DNA of 64,000 nt from Clostridia bacterium (GTDB lineage Bacteria > Bacillota > Clostridia > UMGS1883), in contig JBJDXJ010000046.1 of NCBI GenBank assembly GCA_051866635.1, positions 31,518-95,517 of the forward strand, read 5' to 3'. The notes beneath the pieces are model-generated. The model ran no database searches. It was not told the origin of the DNA and worked only from the letters and a program-made list of their open reading frames with translations. Position 1 is the first letter of the stretch; each line of letters opens with the position of its first letter. Below, piece by piece: positions 39,871 to 50,363 of this stretch. Both the position numbers and the translations under genes were made by a program.

Positions 39871-39908
39871 TTTAATTCCTTTCATTTTTTAAATTCATTC
39901 CGCTAAAC

Positions 39909-39936
39909 ATTGTATGTAGAAATATAAAATACGTGC
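39909..39936 (-). promoter_or_regulatory. Possible SigK/SigE sporulation promoter
   Basis: Reverse complement GCAC-16 nt-CATACAAT. Confidence 0.45.
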
Positions 39937-40012
39937 TTGCAGTGATATTTTCATTTTTCCTATTGCCTAAATTAAATGTTAGTATTATAATTTTACGAAA
40001 GGAGGCAATGAA

Positions 40013-42142
40013 ATGATTTGTTTTAAAGATAATTACTTCTTTTTGGAAGGAAAAGATATTAGCTACATATTCCGCATCAGCTCACAAGGTTATTTAGTTA
40101 ACTGCTACTTTGGGAAAAAAATAAAAATGCACCCTACCTATATTGTACCTGAAAGGTTTTACTGCTGGCACTCATGGGGCGAGGACGGTGTGAAACTTGA
40201 CGAAATACCACAGGAGTGTCCCACCTACGGCCACACTGACCTTCGTAGACCCATGGTAAGCTTTAAAGGGGATATTTCTGTTTTAAAATACAAATCTCAT
40301 GAAATATACAAAGGGAAAAAGCCCCTTAACAATCTGCCCTCATCTATTGACGAAAAAGGAGAAGCCGAAACATTGGAGGTTTTACTTTACGACGATGTTC
40401 AAAATATTGAAGTAAAGCTTTTTTACACAGTATTTGAAACAAAAAATACTATTGCACGCCATGTGGAAATCACAAATAAGGCACAAAAGGATTTAACAAT
40501 TGACCAATGCTATTCAATGTGTCTTGACTTTGAGTATTCCGACTTTTCGGAAACACATTTTGCAGGCAGATGGGGCTTTGAGCGTGAAAAGATTACGGGA
40601 AAGGTAGTACGTGGTACACTTGACATAAACAACGCCCGTGGTGGCTCAGGGCATTTTATGAACCCTTATGTTATGCTCCATTCTCCCCATGCCACAGAAA
40701 CAAGCGGAGATGTATATTCCTTTATGCTTGTTTATTCAGGCAACCACTCCACAGTAATAGACACCGACCAAAGAATGCGTACAAGGGTGCTTCAGGGCAT
40801 TAACCCCTTCGGTTTTGAATGGACATTAAAGGAAAATGAAACCTTTACATCACCTGAATCACTTTTAACCTTTTCACACTGCGGATTCACAGGTGCCTCG
40901 CAAGCAATCCACAATTTTATAAAGGAAAACATAGTCCGTGGCTATTGGAAGGATAAGCCCAGACCGATTTTGATAAACAACTGGGAAGCTACATACATGA
41001 ACTTTAACGAGGAAAAAATTCTTTCCATCGCTTCCCTTGCCAAGGATTTGGGTATTGAATTATTTGTCCTTGACGACGGATGGTTCGGTAAAAGAAATAA
41101 CGATGACTGTTCCCTTGGGGACTGGTATGTAAATTATGAAAAACTTCCATCCGGCATTGAGGGTATTGCCGAAAAGGTTACTGACATGGGTATTAAATTC
41201 GGATTGTGGTTTGAACCTGAAATGGTTAACCCCGACAGCGATTTATACCGTGCCCACCCCGACTGGGCAATACATGCAGAGGGCATATCCCCTGCACTTT
41301 CTCGAAACCAGCTTGTTTTGGATATGTCACGCAAGGATGTACAGGACTACGTTATTGAAAGCGTTGTTTCTATACTGAAAAGGGCAAAGATAAGCTATGT
41401 AAAGTGGGACTATAACCGTTATATTACAGATATGCCGTATTTGGGCTACAACCATGCATACACACTTGGTATGTACCGTGTAACAGAGGAAATAACCCGG
41501 GCGGTACCCGAAGTTTTATTTGAAGGTTGCAGTGGCGGTGGCGGAAGATTTGATGCAGGCATACTCTGCTATATGCCGCAAATCTGGACAAGCGACAATA
41601 CAGACCCTGTTGAACGCATTTTTATCCAATATGGTACAAGCTTCGGCTACCCGACAAGTACAATGGGCTCCCATGTTACCGCATCTCCCAACCACTACAC
41701 GGGAAGAAAAACAAGTATGAAAACACGTGGCGACATTGCACTTTCAGGCAATTTCGGTTATGAGCTTGATATTACAACACTTCCCAAAGAGGACTTGGAC
41801 CAAATAAAATTACAAGTTGAGGAATGTAAAAAGATACGCTCACTTGTTCAGTACGGTGATTTTTACCGTTTATCAGACCCCTTTGAAGGAAATATAGCTG
41901 CTTGGCAGATAGTAAATTCAGATAAAACAGAAAGCTTTTTCTGTGGGGCAAGAATTCTTTTTAAGTCAAACGTATATTTCCCCGTAATAAAACTCAGGGG
42001 ACTTGAAGAAGGCGCTTTGTATAAGGACGAACACACAGGCAAAATTTACTCCGCAGATGAGCTGATGTACCGTGGATTATTTATTGACTTCCCCCACGGA
42101 GATTTTGCAACTTATACAATGCATTTAACTAAGATTGTATAA
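40013..42142 (+). CDS. Alpha-galactosidase, GH36
   Basis: NNWEATY, LFVLDDGWFG, FGLWFEPEMV, YVKWDYNR, CSGGGGRFD, WTSDNTD. Confidence 0.96.
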   Translation: MICFKDNYFFLEGKDISYIFRISSQGYLVNCYFGKKIKMHPTYIVPERFYCWHSWGEDGVKLDEIPQECPTYGHTDLRRPMVSFKGDISVLKYKSHEIYKGKKPLNNLPSSIDEKGEAETLEVLLYDDVQNIEVKLFYTVFETKNTIARHVEITNKAQKDLTIDQCYSMCLDFEYSDFSETHFAGRWGFEREKITGKVVRGTLDINNARGGSGHFMNPYVMLHSPHATETSGDVYSFMLVYSGNHSTVIDTDQRMRTRVLQGINPFGFEWTLKENETFTSPESLLTFSHCGFTGASQAIHNFIKENIVRGYWKDKPRPILINNWEATYMNFNEEKILSIASLAKDLGIELFVLDDGWFGKRNNDDCSLGDWYVNYEKLPSGIEGIAEKVTDMGIKFGLWFEPEMVNPDSDLYRAHPDWAIHAEGISPALSRNQLVLDMSRKDVQDYVIESVVSILKRAKISYVKWDYNRYITDMPYLGYNHAYTLGMYRVTEEITRAVPEVLFEGCSGGGGRFDAGILCYMPQIWTSDNTDPVERIFIQYGTSFGYPTSTMGSHVTASPNHYTGRKTSMKTRGDIALSGNFGYELDITTLPKEDLDQIKLQVEECKKIRSLVQYGDFYRLSDPFEGNIAAWQIVNSDKTESFFCGARILFKSNVYFPVIKLRGLEEGALYKDEHTGKIYSADELMYRGLFIDFPHGDFATYTMHLTKIV

Positions 42143-42243
42143 TTTTTTAAAAAAAATTACACTTTTTTCAAAAAAGTACTGGATTTTTTTCAAAAAAAGT
42201 AGCATAATGTATTACAATATGAAATTTTAAGGAGATGTTCATA

Positions 42244-43311
42244 ATGGAACTGAAAATTACAAAAACAACTGCACCTAAAGCAAAACCCGTTGATGAATCA
42301 AATCTTCCTTTTGGCAAGACCTTCACCGACCATATGTTAATTATCGATTATACAGACGGCATCGGCTGGCATGACGGACGAATTGTACCCTACGGTCCCA
42401 TTGAAATGGACCCTGCAACAACAACACTTCATTACGGTCAGGCTGTATTTGAAGGTTTAAAGGCTTACAACTGCCCCGACGGTAAAATCAGAATGTTCCG
42501 TCCCGACAGAAACATGGCTCGTCTTAATGTTTCAAACGACCGTCTTTGTATTCCTCAGATTGATGAAGAAGAATTCACAAAGGCTATTATCGAGCTTGTA
42601 AATGTTGAACGTGACTGGGTTCCCTCTGCTCCTAACACTTCTCTTTACATCCGTCCCTTCATTTTTGCAACAGATGTATTTTTAGGTGTTCATCCTTCTC
42701 ATACATATAAGTTCATGGTTATCCTTTCTCCCGTAGGTCCTTATTATGCAGAAGGTTTAAACCCTGTAAAGATTTACGTAGAGGATGAATATGTCCGTGC
42801 CGTTCGTGGCGGTATGGGCTTTGCAAAGGCTGCCGGCAACTATGCAGTAAGCTTAAAGGGTCAGGTAGTGGCAGACGAGAAGGGTTATTCACAGGTTCTT
42901 TGGCTTGACGGTATCGAAAGAAAGTACATCGAAGAAGTTGGCGCAATGAATATATTCTTTAAAATAAACGGTGAAGTTTTAACACCTGCTTTAAACGGCA
43001 GTATTCTTCCCGGTATTACACGTGACAGCGTTATAAATGTACTTAAGTCTAAAAATATTCCCGTAAGCGAAAGACGAATTTCCATTGATGAAATTATTGA
43101 AGCATACGATAAAGGTACATTGGAGGAAGTATTCGGCACAGGTACAGCCGCTGTTATCTCACCTGTAGGTGAGCTTTGCCACAAGGGCAAGAAAATGGTA
43201 ATCAACAACGGTGCAATCGGTGAAATTTCTCAGATGCTTTATGACACAATCACAGGAATTCAGTCAGGTGTTATCGAAGATACATTCGGCTGGACAACAG
43301 TAGTTGAGTAA
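42244..43311 (+). CDS. ilvE: Branched-chain amino acid aminotransferase
   Basis: [43 protein letters not shown]. Confidence 0.96.
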   Translation: MELKITKTTAPKAKPVDESNLPFGKTFTDHMLIIDYTDGIGWHDGRIVPYGPIEMDPATTTLHYGQAVFEGLKAYNCPDGKIRMFRPDRNMARLNVSNDRLCIPQIDEEEFTKAIIELVNVERDWVPSAPNTSLYIRPFIFATDVFLGVHPSHTYKFMVILSPVGPYYAEGLNPVKIYVEDEYVRAVRGGMGFAKAAGNYAVSLKGQVVADEKGYSQVLWLDGIERKYIEEVGAMNIFFKINGEVLTPALNGSILPGITRDSVINVLKSKNIPVSERRISIDEIIEAYDKGTLEEVFGTGTAAVISPVGELCHKGKKMVINNGAIGEISQMLYDTITGIQSGVIEDTFGWTTVVE

Positions 43312-43364
43312 TATAATCAACAATTATTCTCAATTGTTCAATATTCATTTGTCTATTTTACAGT

Positions 43365-43398
43365 AGGCGGTGCAGTTTATGTCTGCACCGCCTTTTTT
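43365..43398 (+). terminator. Intrinsic terminator
   Basis: AGGCGGTGCAG-loop-CTGCACCGCCTTTTTT. Confidence 0.8.
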
Positions 43399-43494
43399 GA
43401 CAGAAATTTAACAATTTTAAATGCTGTTTTCTATGGACATTTGTACAATTTGCTGATATAATTATCTTAGATTAATATGTTTAGGAAGATGGTT

Positions 43495-46335
43495 ATGAAT
43501 TTCAATAAAAAAGCTTTGGCGTTTTTTATATTTTTTATATACAGCTTTTCATTTCTTCCCGTAATTTCCTTTGGTGAAGATAATGATAATCTTATTAATT
43601 CAGGTGATTTTGAAAGTGATGGTTATGCCGATTACTGGTCGGGTGGTGTACGGGATAGCATGTGTGCCTATGAAGGTGAATACGGCATGCAGATTGTAAA
43701 TCCTTTCGGTGACATTAACTCACCTGTTTTTGGTCATTTTTTGGAATATAACGGCACAATCACACTTGAAAAGGATAAATTCTACACCTTTTCGGCATAT
43801 GTGATGAACCCCATGGCATCTAATGATTACACGCCTTCAGTTACCGCCTACTTAGGCAGAGGTGACCGTGCACTTTTTATCGACATCGGCAATGTGGGCG
43901 AAAACTGGGTTTATGTTACGGCATCATTTATGGCAACGGAGGATACTGACTGTACTCCCATCATTTCCATTTCGGGCGGTGACGCTGACATAGGGTTTTT
44001 CATCGACTGCATTTCAATTACACCTGAAACACGTGTTCCCAAATACACTGTAATCGAAGGGCCTGACAGTTTGTATATCCCCGACAATGACTTTGTTGAT
44101 TACCGTTACAGCATTGTAACATATGACAATACAGATACTCCCATAAATATATTGTTAAGCGATTATAATTTCGGAGTTGATATTCTCCCGGAGGGTGTTG
44201 AATTTAACAGTGAGGACGGAACTGTAAGGGTTCATTCCTCTGCTTTGCCCGAGGCAGTATTTACCCTTTCCTTTTCTGCCACGGCAGGTATAACACTTGA
44301 GAATTCCGAAAAGAAAATCACCGTTACAAAAAATCTTCTTTCCGATTCGGACTTTGAAAATGGCGAGGAAAACTGGATAAGCAGTGATTCTATCAATTAT
44401 ACAGACGGCTCAATTTCCCTTTATGCCTCAAATGACGGCGATTACGGCAAATATACCGATATAACATATACAGAGCAATTATTTTTGATGGAAGGAAAAA
44501 TGTACGTATTCAAAGCAGATGTACGAAGCGATGATGAGTATCCACCCTCTTCTGTATATATTTCCAATTTGTCCTTCGCATCTTCAGGCTATGCTGAAAT
44601 TAATATAACGGGCATCGGCGGCGGATGGAGCAGGGTTACAAGTGCATTTTACATTGAAGATACAGGTCTTTATGACCTTACAATTAATCTTTATGCTCCC
44701 ACAGAACGGCCTATATATGTTGACAACGTATACTTAGGTGCGGAAGAAGAAGCACCCACTTCCATTGCAATTCACGCACCGGGAAATATTGCCGTTCCCA
44801 CAGAAGCAATCAACCTTCCCTGTTATGCATCTGTTTTAGACCAGATGGGCAACACAATGGAAGACTATGACGCAACTCTTACCATTTATCCCGAAAGAGA
44901 TGGCGTTTACCTCTCTGACGGCGAAATCGTTGTTGAAAGCGGTGCCAAATGTGACATATACACCGTTAAGGCAACCTTCGGCAATATTGAATCCACCCTT
45001 GAAATTTCAGTAAGCAATGACTTTATCGGTGACGGCAGCTTTGAAGTGAAGCAGGCGAACGAATGGTGGACAGCATCTGACGGGTCTTTCTTTTCAATTA
45101 TTGACTACAACGGCGAAAAAGCAGGTCATGTTTACTCCCCTGATTCCTCCTGTCTTGTTGTGAATAACTCCTATATGGAGCTAATAGAAGATGAATATTA
45201 TGTTTATAACGCATCGGCAGGCGTTGGTGAAGGTATTGTAACGGCATTTATTGCAGATGCAGTTACAGGAGAATATGTACCATTTGCACAGTATGACCCC
45301 ACAGAGGAAACAATAATTCCCTTCACGGTTGACGAAACGGTTATGGGACGGCTTGTTCTATATATCGAATCTGACACAACCGTAGGTTTAATTTTTGATA
45401 ATATTTCCATAGTCCCCGCAGAGCTTTCCGCAACGGAAATTTCTGTTACAGGCGGTGAATACGGTGAATTTCTCCGTGGCTCCTACAATTATGTAAACAA
45501 TATGTCAAATGAAGCTGATTCTGATATAAGCACCACACGCTGGTATATTTCATCCTCCTATGATGGTCATTATGAACCTATAGGTATTCCCAATCAAAAC
45601 TATCTGGAATTTACCGAGGATATGGCAGGTCAGTATGTTGTTTTTGAAGTGACACCAATCTGTGCATACACCGGTCTTGTAGGTGAAAGCCTCCGTTCCC
45701 TTCCTGTGCATCTGGGAACAAAGGACCCTGACAATAATGTTTCAGATACAACCCTTTCCGACATGACACCTATCGAGCTTGAAAACTCCACCGTTCACAG
45801 CTTTACAGACATTACATCACACTGGGCTGAAAACATGATTTCATCACTTTGTGCTTCAGGTATAGTTTCAGGTAAAACAAAAACAAAGTTCTATCCCGAG
45901 CATTACGTTACAAGGGCGGAATTTACTGCTATGGTTGTCCGTGCCTTCAATCTTGTATCCATCCCTTATTCAGGTAGGTTTGAAGATGTGGACGAAAGCC
46001 ATTGGTCCGCAGGTTATATTGAAGCGGCATACAGACGAGGCATTGTAAAGGGTGTTTCCGAAACCCTCTTTGCACCTGAAGAATATATCACACGTGAGGA
46101 AATGGCAACAATTATATACCGTGCATATCTTCTTGCAGAAGGTCCCATGCCCTATGATTTAGATTTAAGGTATGACGATGCATACATGATACAATCATGG
46201 AGCTATGATGCAGTAAAAACAACTACAAACCTTAACATTTTCAAAGGCAAGGACATGAACCTTTTTAAACCCGGGGATAACGCAACACGTGCCGAAGCGG
46301 CATCGGCGGTTTATCGCACATTAAAGTGTTTCTAA
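43495..46335 (+). CDS. Cell-surface protein with three CBM4/9-like modules, Ig-like spacers and three C-terminal SLH domains
   Basis: Signal peptide; NLINSGDFE, NLLSDSDFE and FIGDGSFE module starts; FTDITSHWA..VTRAEF, ITREEMA, ATRAEAA SLH repeats; start may instead be 43477. Confidence 0.85.
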   Translation: MNFNKKALAFFIFFIYSFSFLPVISFGEDNDNLINSGDFESDGYADYWSGGVRDSMCAYEGEYGMQIVNPFGDINSPVFGHFLEYNGTITLEKDKFYTFSAYVMNPMASNDYTPSVTAYLGRGDRALFIDIGNVGENWVYVTASFMATEDTDCTPIISISGGDADIGFFIDCISITPETRVPKYTVIEGPDSLYIPDNDFVDYRYSIVTYDNTDTPINILLSDYNFGVDILPEGVEFNSEDGTVRVHSSALPEAVFTLSFSATAGITLENSEKKITVTKNLLSDSDFENGEENWISSDSINYTDGSISLYASNDGDYGKYTDITYTEQLFLMEGKMYVFKADVRSDDEYPPSSVYISNLSFASSGYAEINITGIGGGWSRVTSAFYIEDTGLYDLTINLYAPTERPIYVDNVYLGAEEEAPTSIAIHAPGNIAVPTEAINLPCYASVLDQMGNTMEDYDATLTIYPERDGVYLSDGEIVVESGAKCDIYTVKATFGNIESTLEISVSNDFIGDGSFEVKQANEWWTASDGSFFSIIDYNGEKAGHVYSPDSSCLVVNNSYMELIEDEYYVYNASAGVGEGIVTAFIADAVTGEYVPFAQYDPTEETIIPFTVDETVMGRLVLYIESDTTVGLIFDNISIVPAELSATEISVTGGEYGEFLRGSYNYVNNMSNEADSDISTTRWYISSSYDGHYEPIGIPNQNYLEFTEDMAGQYVVFEVTPICAYTGLVGESLRSLPVHLGTKDPDNNVSDTTLSDMTPIELENSTVHSFTDITSHWAENMISSLCASGIVSGKTKTKFYPEHYVTRAEFTAMVVRAFNLVSIPYSGRFEDVDESHWSAGYIEAAYRRGIVKGVSETLFAPEEYITREEMATIIYRAYLLAEGPMPYDLDLRYDDAYMIQSWSYDAVKTTTNLNIFKGKDMNLFKPGDNATRAEAASAVYRTLKCF

Positions 46336-46372
46336 TTTTTAGAAAATATATAAAAATGAAAGGATGAGTGAA

Positions 46373-48799
46373 ATGAAGAAATTTATTTCAATTGCACTTT
46401 GCTTGATGTTAACTCTTGCAAGTGTGTCCGCTTTAGCGGAAAACATTATGGTAACAGTTACTTTAGACGGTAACACCGTTACAGAAAATGCCTATCTTAA
46501 AGGCTGGACTACCTACGCCGCGTTAAATGAACTTGAAGAAAGTGACGAGGCAACAGAAACTGCAGTACGTAAGTATTACGAGGATAAGGGTCTTACAGTT
46601 GACTGGGACCAGGAAAACTACACTGTTTTAGTTTCCACACCCGTAGCCCAAGAAACTCTTTTTAACAAATACTACCGTATTGTCAACAAGGCTACAGGCA
46701 ATGTTATTGTTGCAGAAGATTACAGCAGTGAAGTTCTTGCAAAAATCGTAACAGAACCTAAGGATGAAGGAAACCGCAACCAGATTTACCGTTTTGCATA
46801 TATTGACGGCGAATACGGCTACTTTGTAAATATGCTTTCTGCATGTTCTCTTGACGTTCCCGATGCTAAAACAGACGAAGGTGTACAGCTTATTCAGTAC
46901 ACATACTATTCCAATAAACAGCAGAAGATGCTTCTCACGGAAACTGAGGACGGTTACTACACCATCTCCCCCATGCACTGTGACCTTGTATTGACCGAAA
47001 AGGACGGAATGGTTGTACAAACAAGTGATATTGACTCTGATGCATCTAAGTGGACTTTGGAATATGTATCAGGTTCTCTTGTAAGCCAGATAAAGGACAC
47101 AGAGGGCTATAAAATCCTTGACGAAAGACTCCGGCGTGCCGCTGACGAATATTTTACAGATAAAATCTGGATTACAAAGCAGGCAATGTCCAACGCTGAA
47201 AATAAATTTGCCGCGGCAGATTTTCTTAATCTTTCAGCCGAAGAACAGGCAGATATTATTAAGGATTGCCTGAACTACACATCATCCTATCAGGTAGGCG
47301 GCACACTCCAGTCCGACTATGTTGCAAAGTATAAAATTATTTCCAAAACATACGACGAAGCATTTGATATTTGGCGTGGTCACAAGTGCCCCTGCTGGAT
47401 TTATGAAGTTGAAATTGAAGGCGATGTAGAAGGTCAGGTACATAAGCTTAGATTTGTTTCCAACGAAGAAGATGTTCCCATGGTTGAGAGGTCAATAGAA
47501 GCTATCGCAAGAACACCTTACGCTATCCGCCAGTACGTTCATAACCTTTACTGGAAGGCAGGCGATGGTGCCAACAGCTTTAACGGTGGTGGCGACTCTA
47601 TCTGGATTCGTCTTAATTATGAGCCTCAAACAAGCCAGCAGATTACAAGCACGCTCTGCCATGAATTAGGTCATATCCTTGACTCCAACGTACTCCCCAA
47701 CAACGATGTATGGAGCTACGCAGAAAGTATAGATGCTATTCCCATTTCAGGCTATGGTGCTTCTAACCAGGCAGAAGACCTTGCAGAATTTAACAAGCTC
47801 TACTTTATGAGCCGTGATACAGAGGCATTTGAACACTTGGAAGAAATTTACCCCAACCGTTTTGCAGTATTGTCAGAAATGCTCTACCGTGCCGACAAGG
47901 ACTATTTCGCTGAAAACGAAAAGTATGTTGGTACAATAGAAAAGATTGAAAACATTATTGCCAACAAAACAGAAGGCAGTATTGCTTCTGAAATCGACGA
48001 TTCTATGTATTATGTTGTTAAGGATGTTGAAACAGGAAAAGTATGGACCGTTACAGATGCATCGCTGGACAACGAAGTTCCCGTTATTTTGAAAGACTAT
48101 GAAGAAGGTAACGCAAGCCAGCTTTTTGCAATTGAAAAGTACACAGATACAATCCGTTTCTTTGCTAAACATTCCGCATCTTCCCTTCAGCTTGACGATT
48201 CAGGTCTTCCCACAAAAACTGTTAACCAGTACGGCGGTACATGGGCAATTGACGAACGCTTTGCAGTATATGAAAAAGACGGCGGCTACACCTTTGAAAG
48301 TGAAAGATATTCTCTTTCAATAGCTAAAAAGGGTGACAATGTTGTTTCAGGTATTGAAAATATGGGTGCTGTATGGGTTCTTGAACCTGTTGAAAAGAAC
48401 ACAAGTAACCTTGACTACATAATTAAGGTTAACGGCGCAGATATGTTCCTTAACGCAGTTGACGGCGAAAAGTATATGACAGTAACAGCTTCTAAAGAAG
48501 GTGCAAGTTGGAAGATTAAGGATATGGGCAACGATGTATATACTCTTATATATTCCGCTACAGGCAACCTTATCGACATATTAGACCTTTCCACAGAGGA
48601 AGGCAAGGCGGCAATTCTTTGGAGTGCAACAGGTGCCGACAATCAGATGTTTGTCCGTGAAGCTGTAGATGACGGCGTAATGTTCAAGGCAGCTCACTCC
48701 GAGCTTTACCTTACTGTAAATGATGACGGAACTGTTACACAGGAAAAGAAAGACAGTGCTAAAAATCAGGTATTCACAGTTACAGCAGTTGAAAAATAA
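46373..48799 (+). CDS. Secreted ricin-B lectin-domain protein with central HEXXH zinc metallopeptidase
   Basis: Signal peptide; short stalk-like segment (VDWDQENYTV); ricin-like NQIYRF, SQLFA, NQMF, NQVF repeats; CHELGHILD...YG...EDLAE. Confidence 0.8.
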   Translation: MKKFISIALCLMLTLASVSALAENIMVTVTLDGNTVTENAYLKGWTTYAALNELEESDEATETAVRKYYEDKGLTVDWDQENYTVLVSTPVAQETLFNKYYRIVNKATGNVIVAEDYSSEVLAKIVTEPKDEGNRNQIYRFAYIDGEYGYFVNMLSACSLDVPDAKTDEGVQLIQYTYYSNKQQKMLLTETEDGYYTISPMHCDLVLTEKDGMVVQTSDIDSDASKWTLEYVSGSLVSQIKDTEGYKILDERLRRAADEYFTDKIWITKQAMSNAENKFAAADFLNLSAEEQADIIKDCLNYTSSYQVGGTLQSDYVAKYKIISKTYDEAFDIWRGHKCPCWIYEVEIEGDVEGQVHKLRFVSNEEDVPMVERSIEAIARTPYAIRQYVHNLYWKAGDGANSFNGGGDSIWIRLNYEPQTSQQITSTLCHELGHILDSNVLPNNDVWSYAESIDAIPISGYGASNQAEDLAEFNKLYFMSRDTEAFEHLEEIYPNRFAVLSEMLYRADKDYFAENEKYVGTIEKIENIIANKTEGSIASEIDDSMYYVVKDVETGKVWTVTDASLDNEVPVILKDYEEGNASQLFAIEKYTDTIRFFAKHSASSLQLDDSGLPTKTVNQYGGTWAIDERFAVYEKDGGYTFESERYSLSIAKKGDNVVSGIENMGAVWVLEPVEKNTSNLDYIIKVNGADMFLNAVDGEKYMTVTASKEGASWKIKDMGNDVYTLIYSATGNLIDILDLSTEEGKAAILWSATGADNQMFVREAVDDGVMFKAAHSELYLTVNDDGTVTQEKKDSAKNQVFTVTAVEK

Positions 48800-48815
48800 T
48801 TAGTATTGCAACGCT

Positions 48816-48850
48816 TAAAGGGTATGCATCACATGGGTGCATACCCTTTC
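48816..48850 (+). terminator. Intrinsic terminator
   Basis: AAAGGGTATGCA-loop-TGCATACCCTTT. Confidence 0.7.
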
Positions 48851-48919
48851 TTGTATTGACTTATGTGTACTTGTGGTGTATACTAATCCTTGGATTATAA
48901 ACAGGAAGGAAATTGAAAA

Positions 48920-50296
48920 ATGAACTTTATTACAGAAGTTATAAACTTTTTGTACTACATTTTCTGGGATGAAAAGTTTATAACATTAACTCTGCCTGGG
49001 AATTTCACCATGGGCATACCCCTACTGGCACTTCTCCTTATCCCCATGGGCATATATTTTACAATTAAAACAAAATGCCTCATTGTACGTTATTTCCCCG
49101 AAATGCTCCGTATAACTATAGATAAAAAAGCATCGGGTGATAAAAACAGTCTTTCAGGGCTTCAGGCACTTATCGTTTCCACCGCAACAAGGGTTGGCAT
49201 GGGCAATCTTGTAGGCGTTGTGGCGGCAATCAGTGCAGGTGGTGCCGGTGCCGTTTTCTGGATGTGGGTTACGGCTATTTTAGGCTCTGCCACAGCCTAT
49301 GTGGAAGCTGTTTTAGCTCAGCTTTATAAAGAAAAAGACCCACTCTACGGTGGATTCCGTGGCGGTCCTGCATATTATATACACGGTTTATTTTCCAAGA
49401 AAGGGAAAAAATCGGTTATTGCAATTTTATTCGCAGTTTCGGCACTTATATGTTGGGGCGGGGTAAGTCAGGTCATAGGTAACAGCGTGTCCTCCTCCTT
49501 TTCTACCACGTTTAACATTCCCACTTTGTACACAACTATAGCTTTGGTTCTTATCTGTGCAGTTATAGTTATGAGGAAAAATGCAACAGTAAAGGTATTG
49601 GATGTTATAGTTCCCGTTATGGCGGCTGTTTACTTTATAATAACAATTGTTATTATCGCAATTAATATTACTCAAATTCCTGCCATATTCGACCGTATTT
49701 TTTCCGAGGCCTTTGGTCTTAGACAAGCGGCTGGCGGTGCGTTAGGTGCTGTAATATCAAAAGGTGCACAACGAGGCTTATTTTCAAACGAAGCAGGCAG
49801 TGGTTCTGCCCCCTGTGCGGCGGCGGCAGCAGATACGGACAACCCCGTTAAAAGCGGTCTTTTACAATCTTTCGGTGTATTTATCGACACTATTGTTATA
49901 TGTACTTGCACCGCAATGCTCATTTTAATAGCAAATCCCCCCCAAAACAGTGACCCTATGATTATGCTTAACAATGCCATGAACATTCATATGGGCTATT
50001 TCGGTCAGGTGTTTGTAACTGTTATCCTTGCACTTTTCTGCATTTCCACTTTCCTTGGAATTCTTTTTTACGCAAGGAGCAATATTGCATATATTTTCGG
50101 TGACAACTGGACAAGTCAGAGCTTATACAAAGTATTTGCACTGTGTATGCTTTTTGTGGGCGGTATAGCTAAGGTTGACTCGGTATGGGCACTTGCAGAT
50201 GTGGGTATTGCCCTTATGACAATTTTTAACCTTACGGCATTATTGCCATTGTCCTATAAGCCCTTATCACTTCTTAAAGATTATACGAAAAAATAG
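48920..50296 (+). CDS. Alanine/glycine:cation symporter family protein (second homolog)
   Basis: TRVGMGN, GGAGAVFWMW, GGPAYY, RGLFSNEAGSGS, FIDTIVICT. Confidence 0.93.
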   Translation: MNFITEVINFLYYIFWDEKFITLTLPGNFTMGIPLLALLLIPMGIYFTIKTKCLIVRYFPEMLRITIDKKASGDKNSLSGLQALIVSTATRVGMGNLVGVVAAISAGGAGAVFWMWVTAILGSATAYVEAVLAQLYKEKDPLYGGFRGGPAYYIHGLFSKKGKKSVIAILFAVSALICWGGVSQVIGNSVSSSFSTTFNIPTLYTTIALVLICAVIVMRKNATVKVLDVIVPVMAAVYFIITIVIIAINITQIPAIFDRIFSEAFGLRQAAGGALGAVISKGAQRGLFSNEAGSGSAPCAAAAADTDNPVKSGLLQSFGVFIDTIVICTCTAMLILIANPPQNSDPMIMLNNAMNIHMGYFGQVFVTVILALFCISTFLGILFYARSNIAYIFGDNWTSQSLYKVFALCMLFVGGIAKVDSVWALADVGIALMTIFNLTALLPLSYKPLSLLKDYTKK

Positions 50297-50363
50297 TTGA
50301 TTTAAAAATCCTTTAGGAATATAATATTCCCAAAGGATTTATTTTTTGAAAGGCGGTTTTTTT

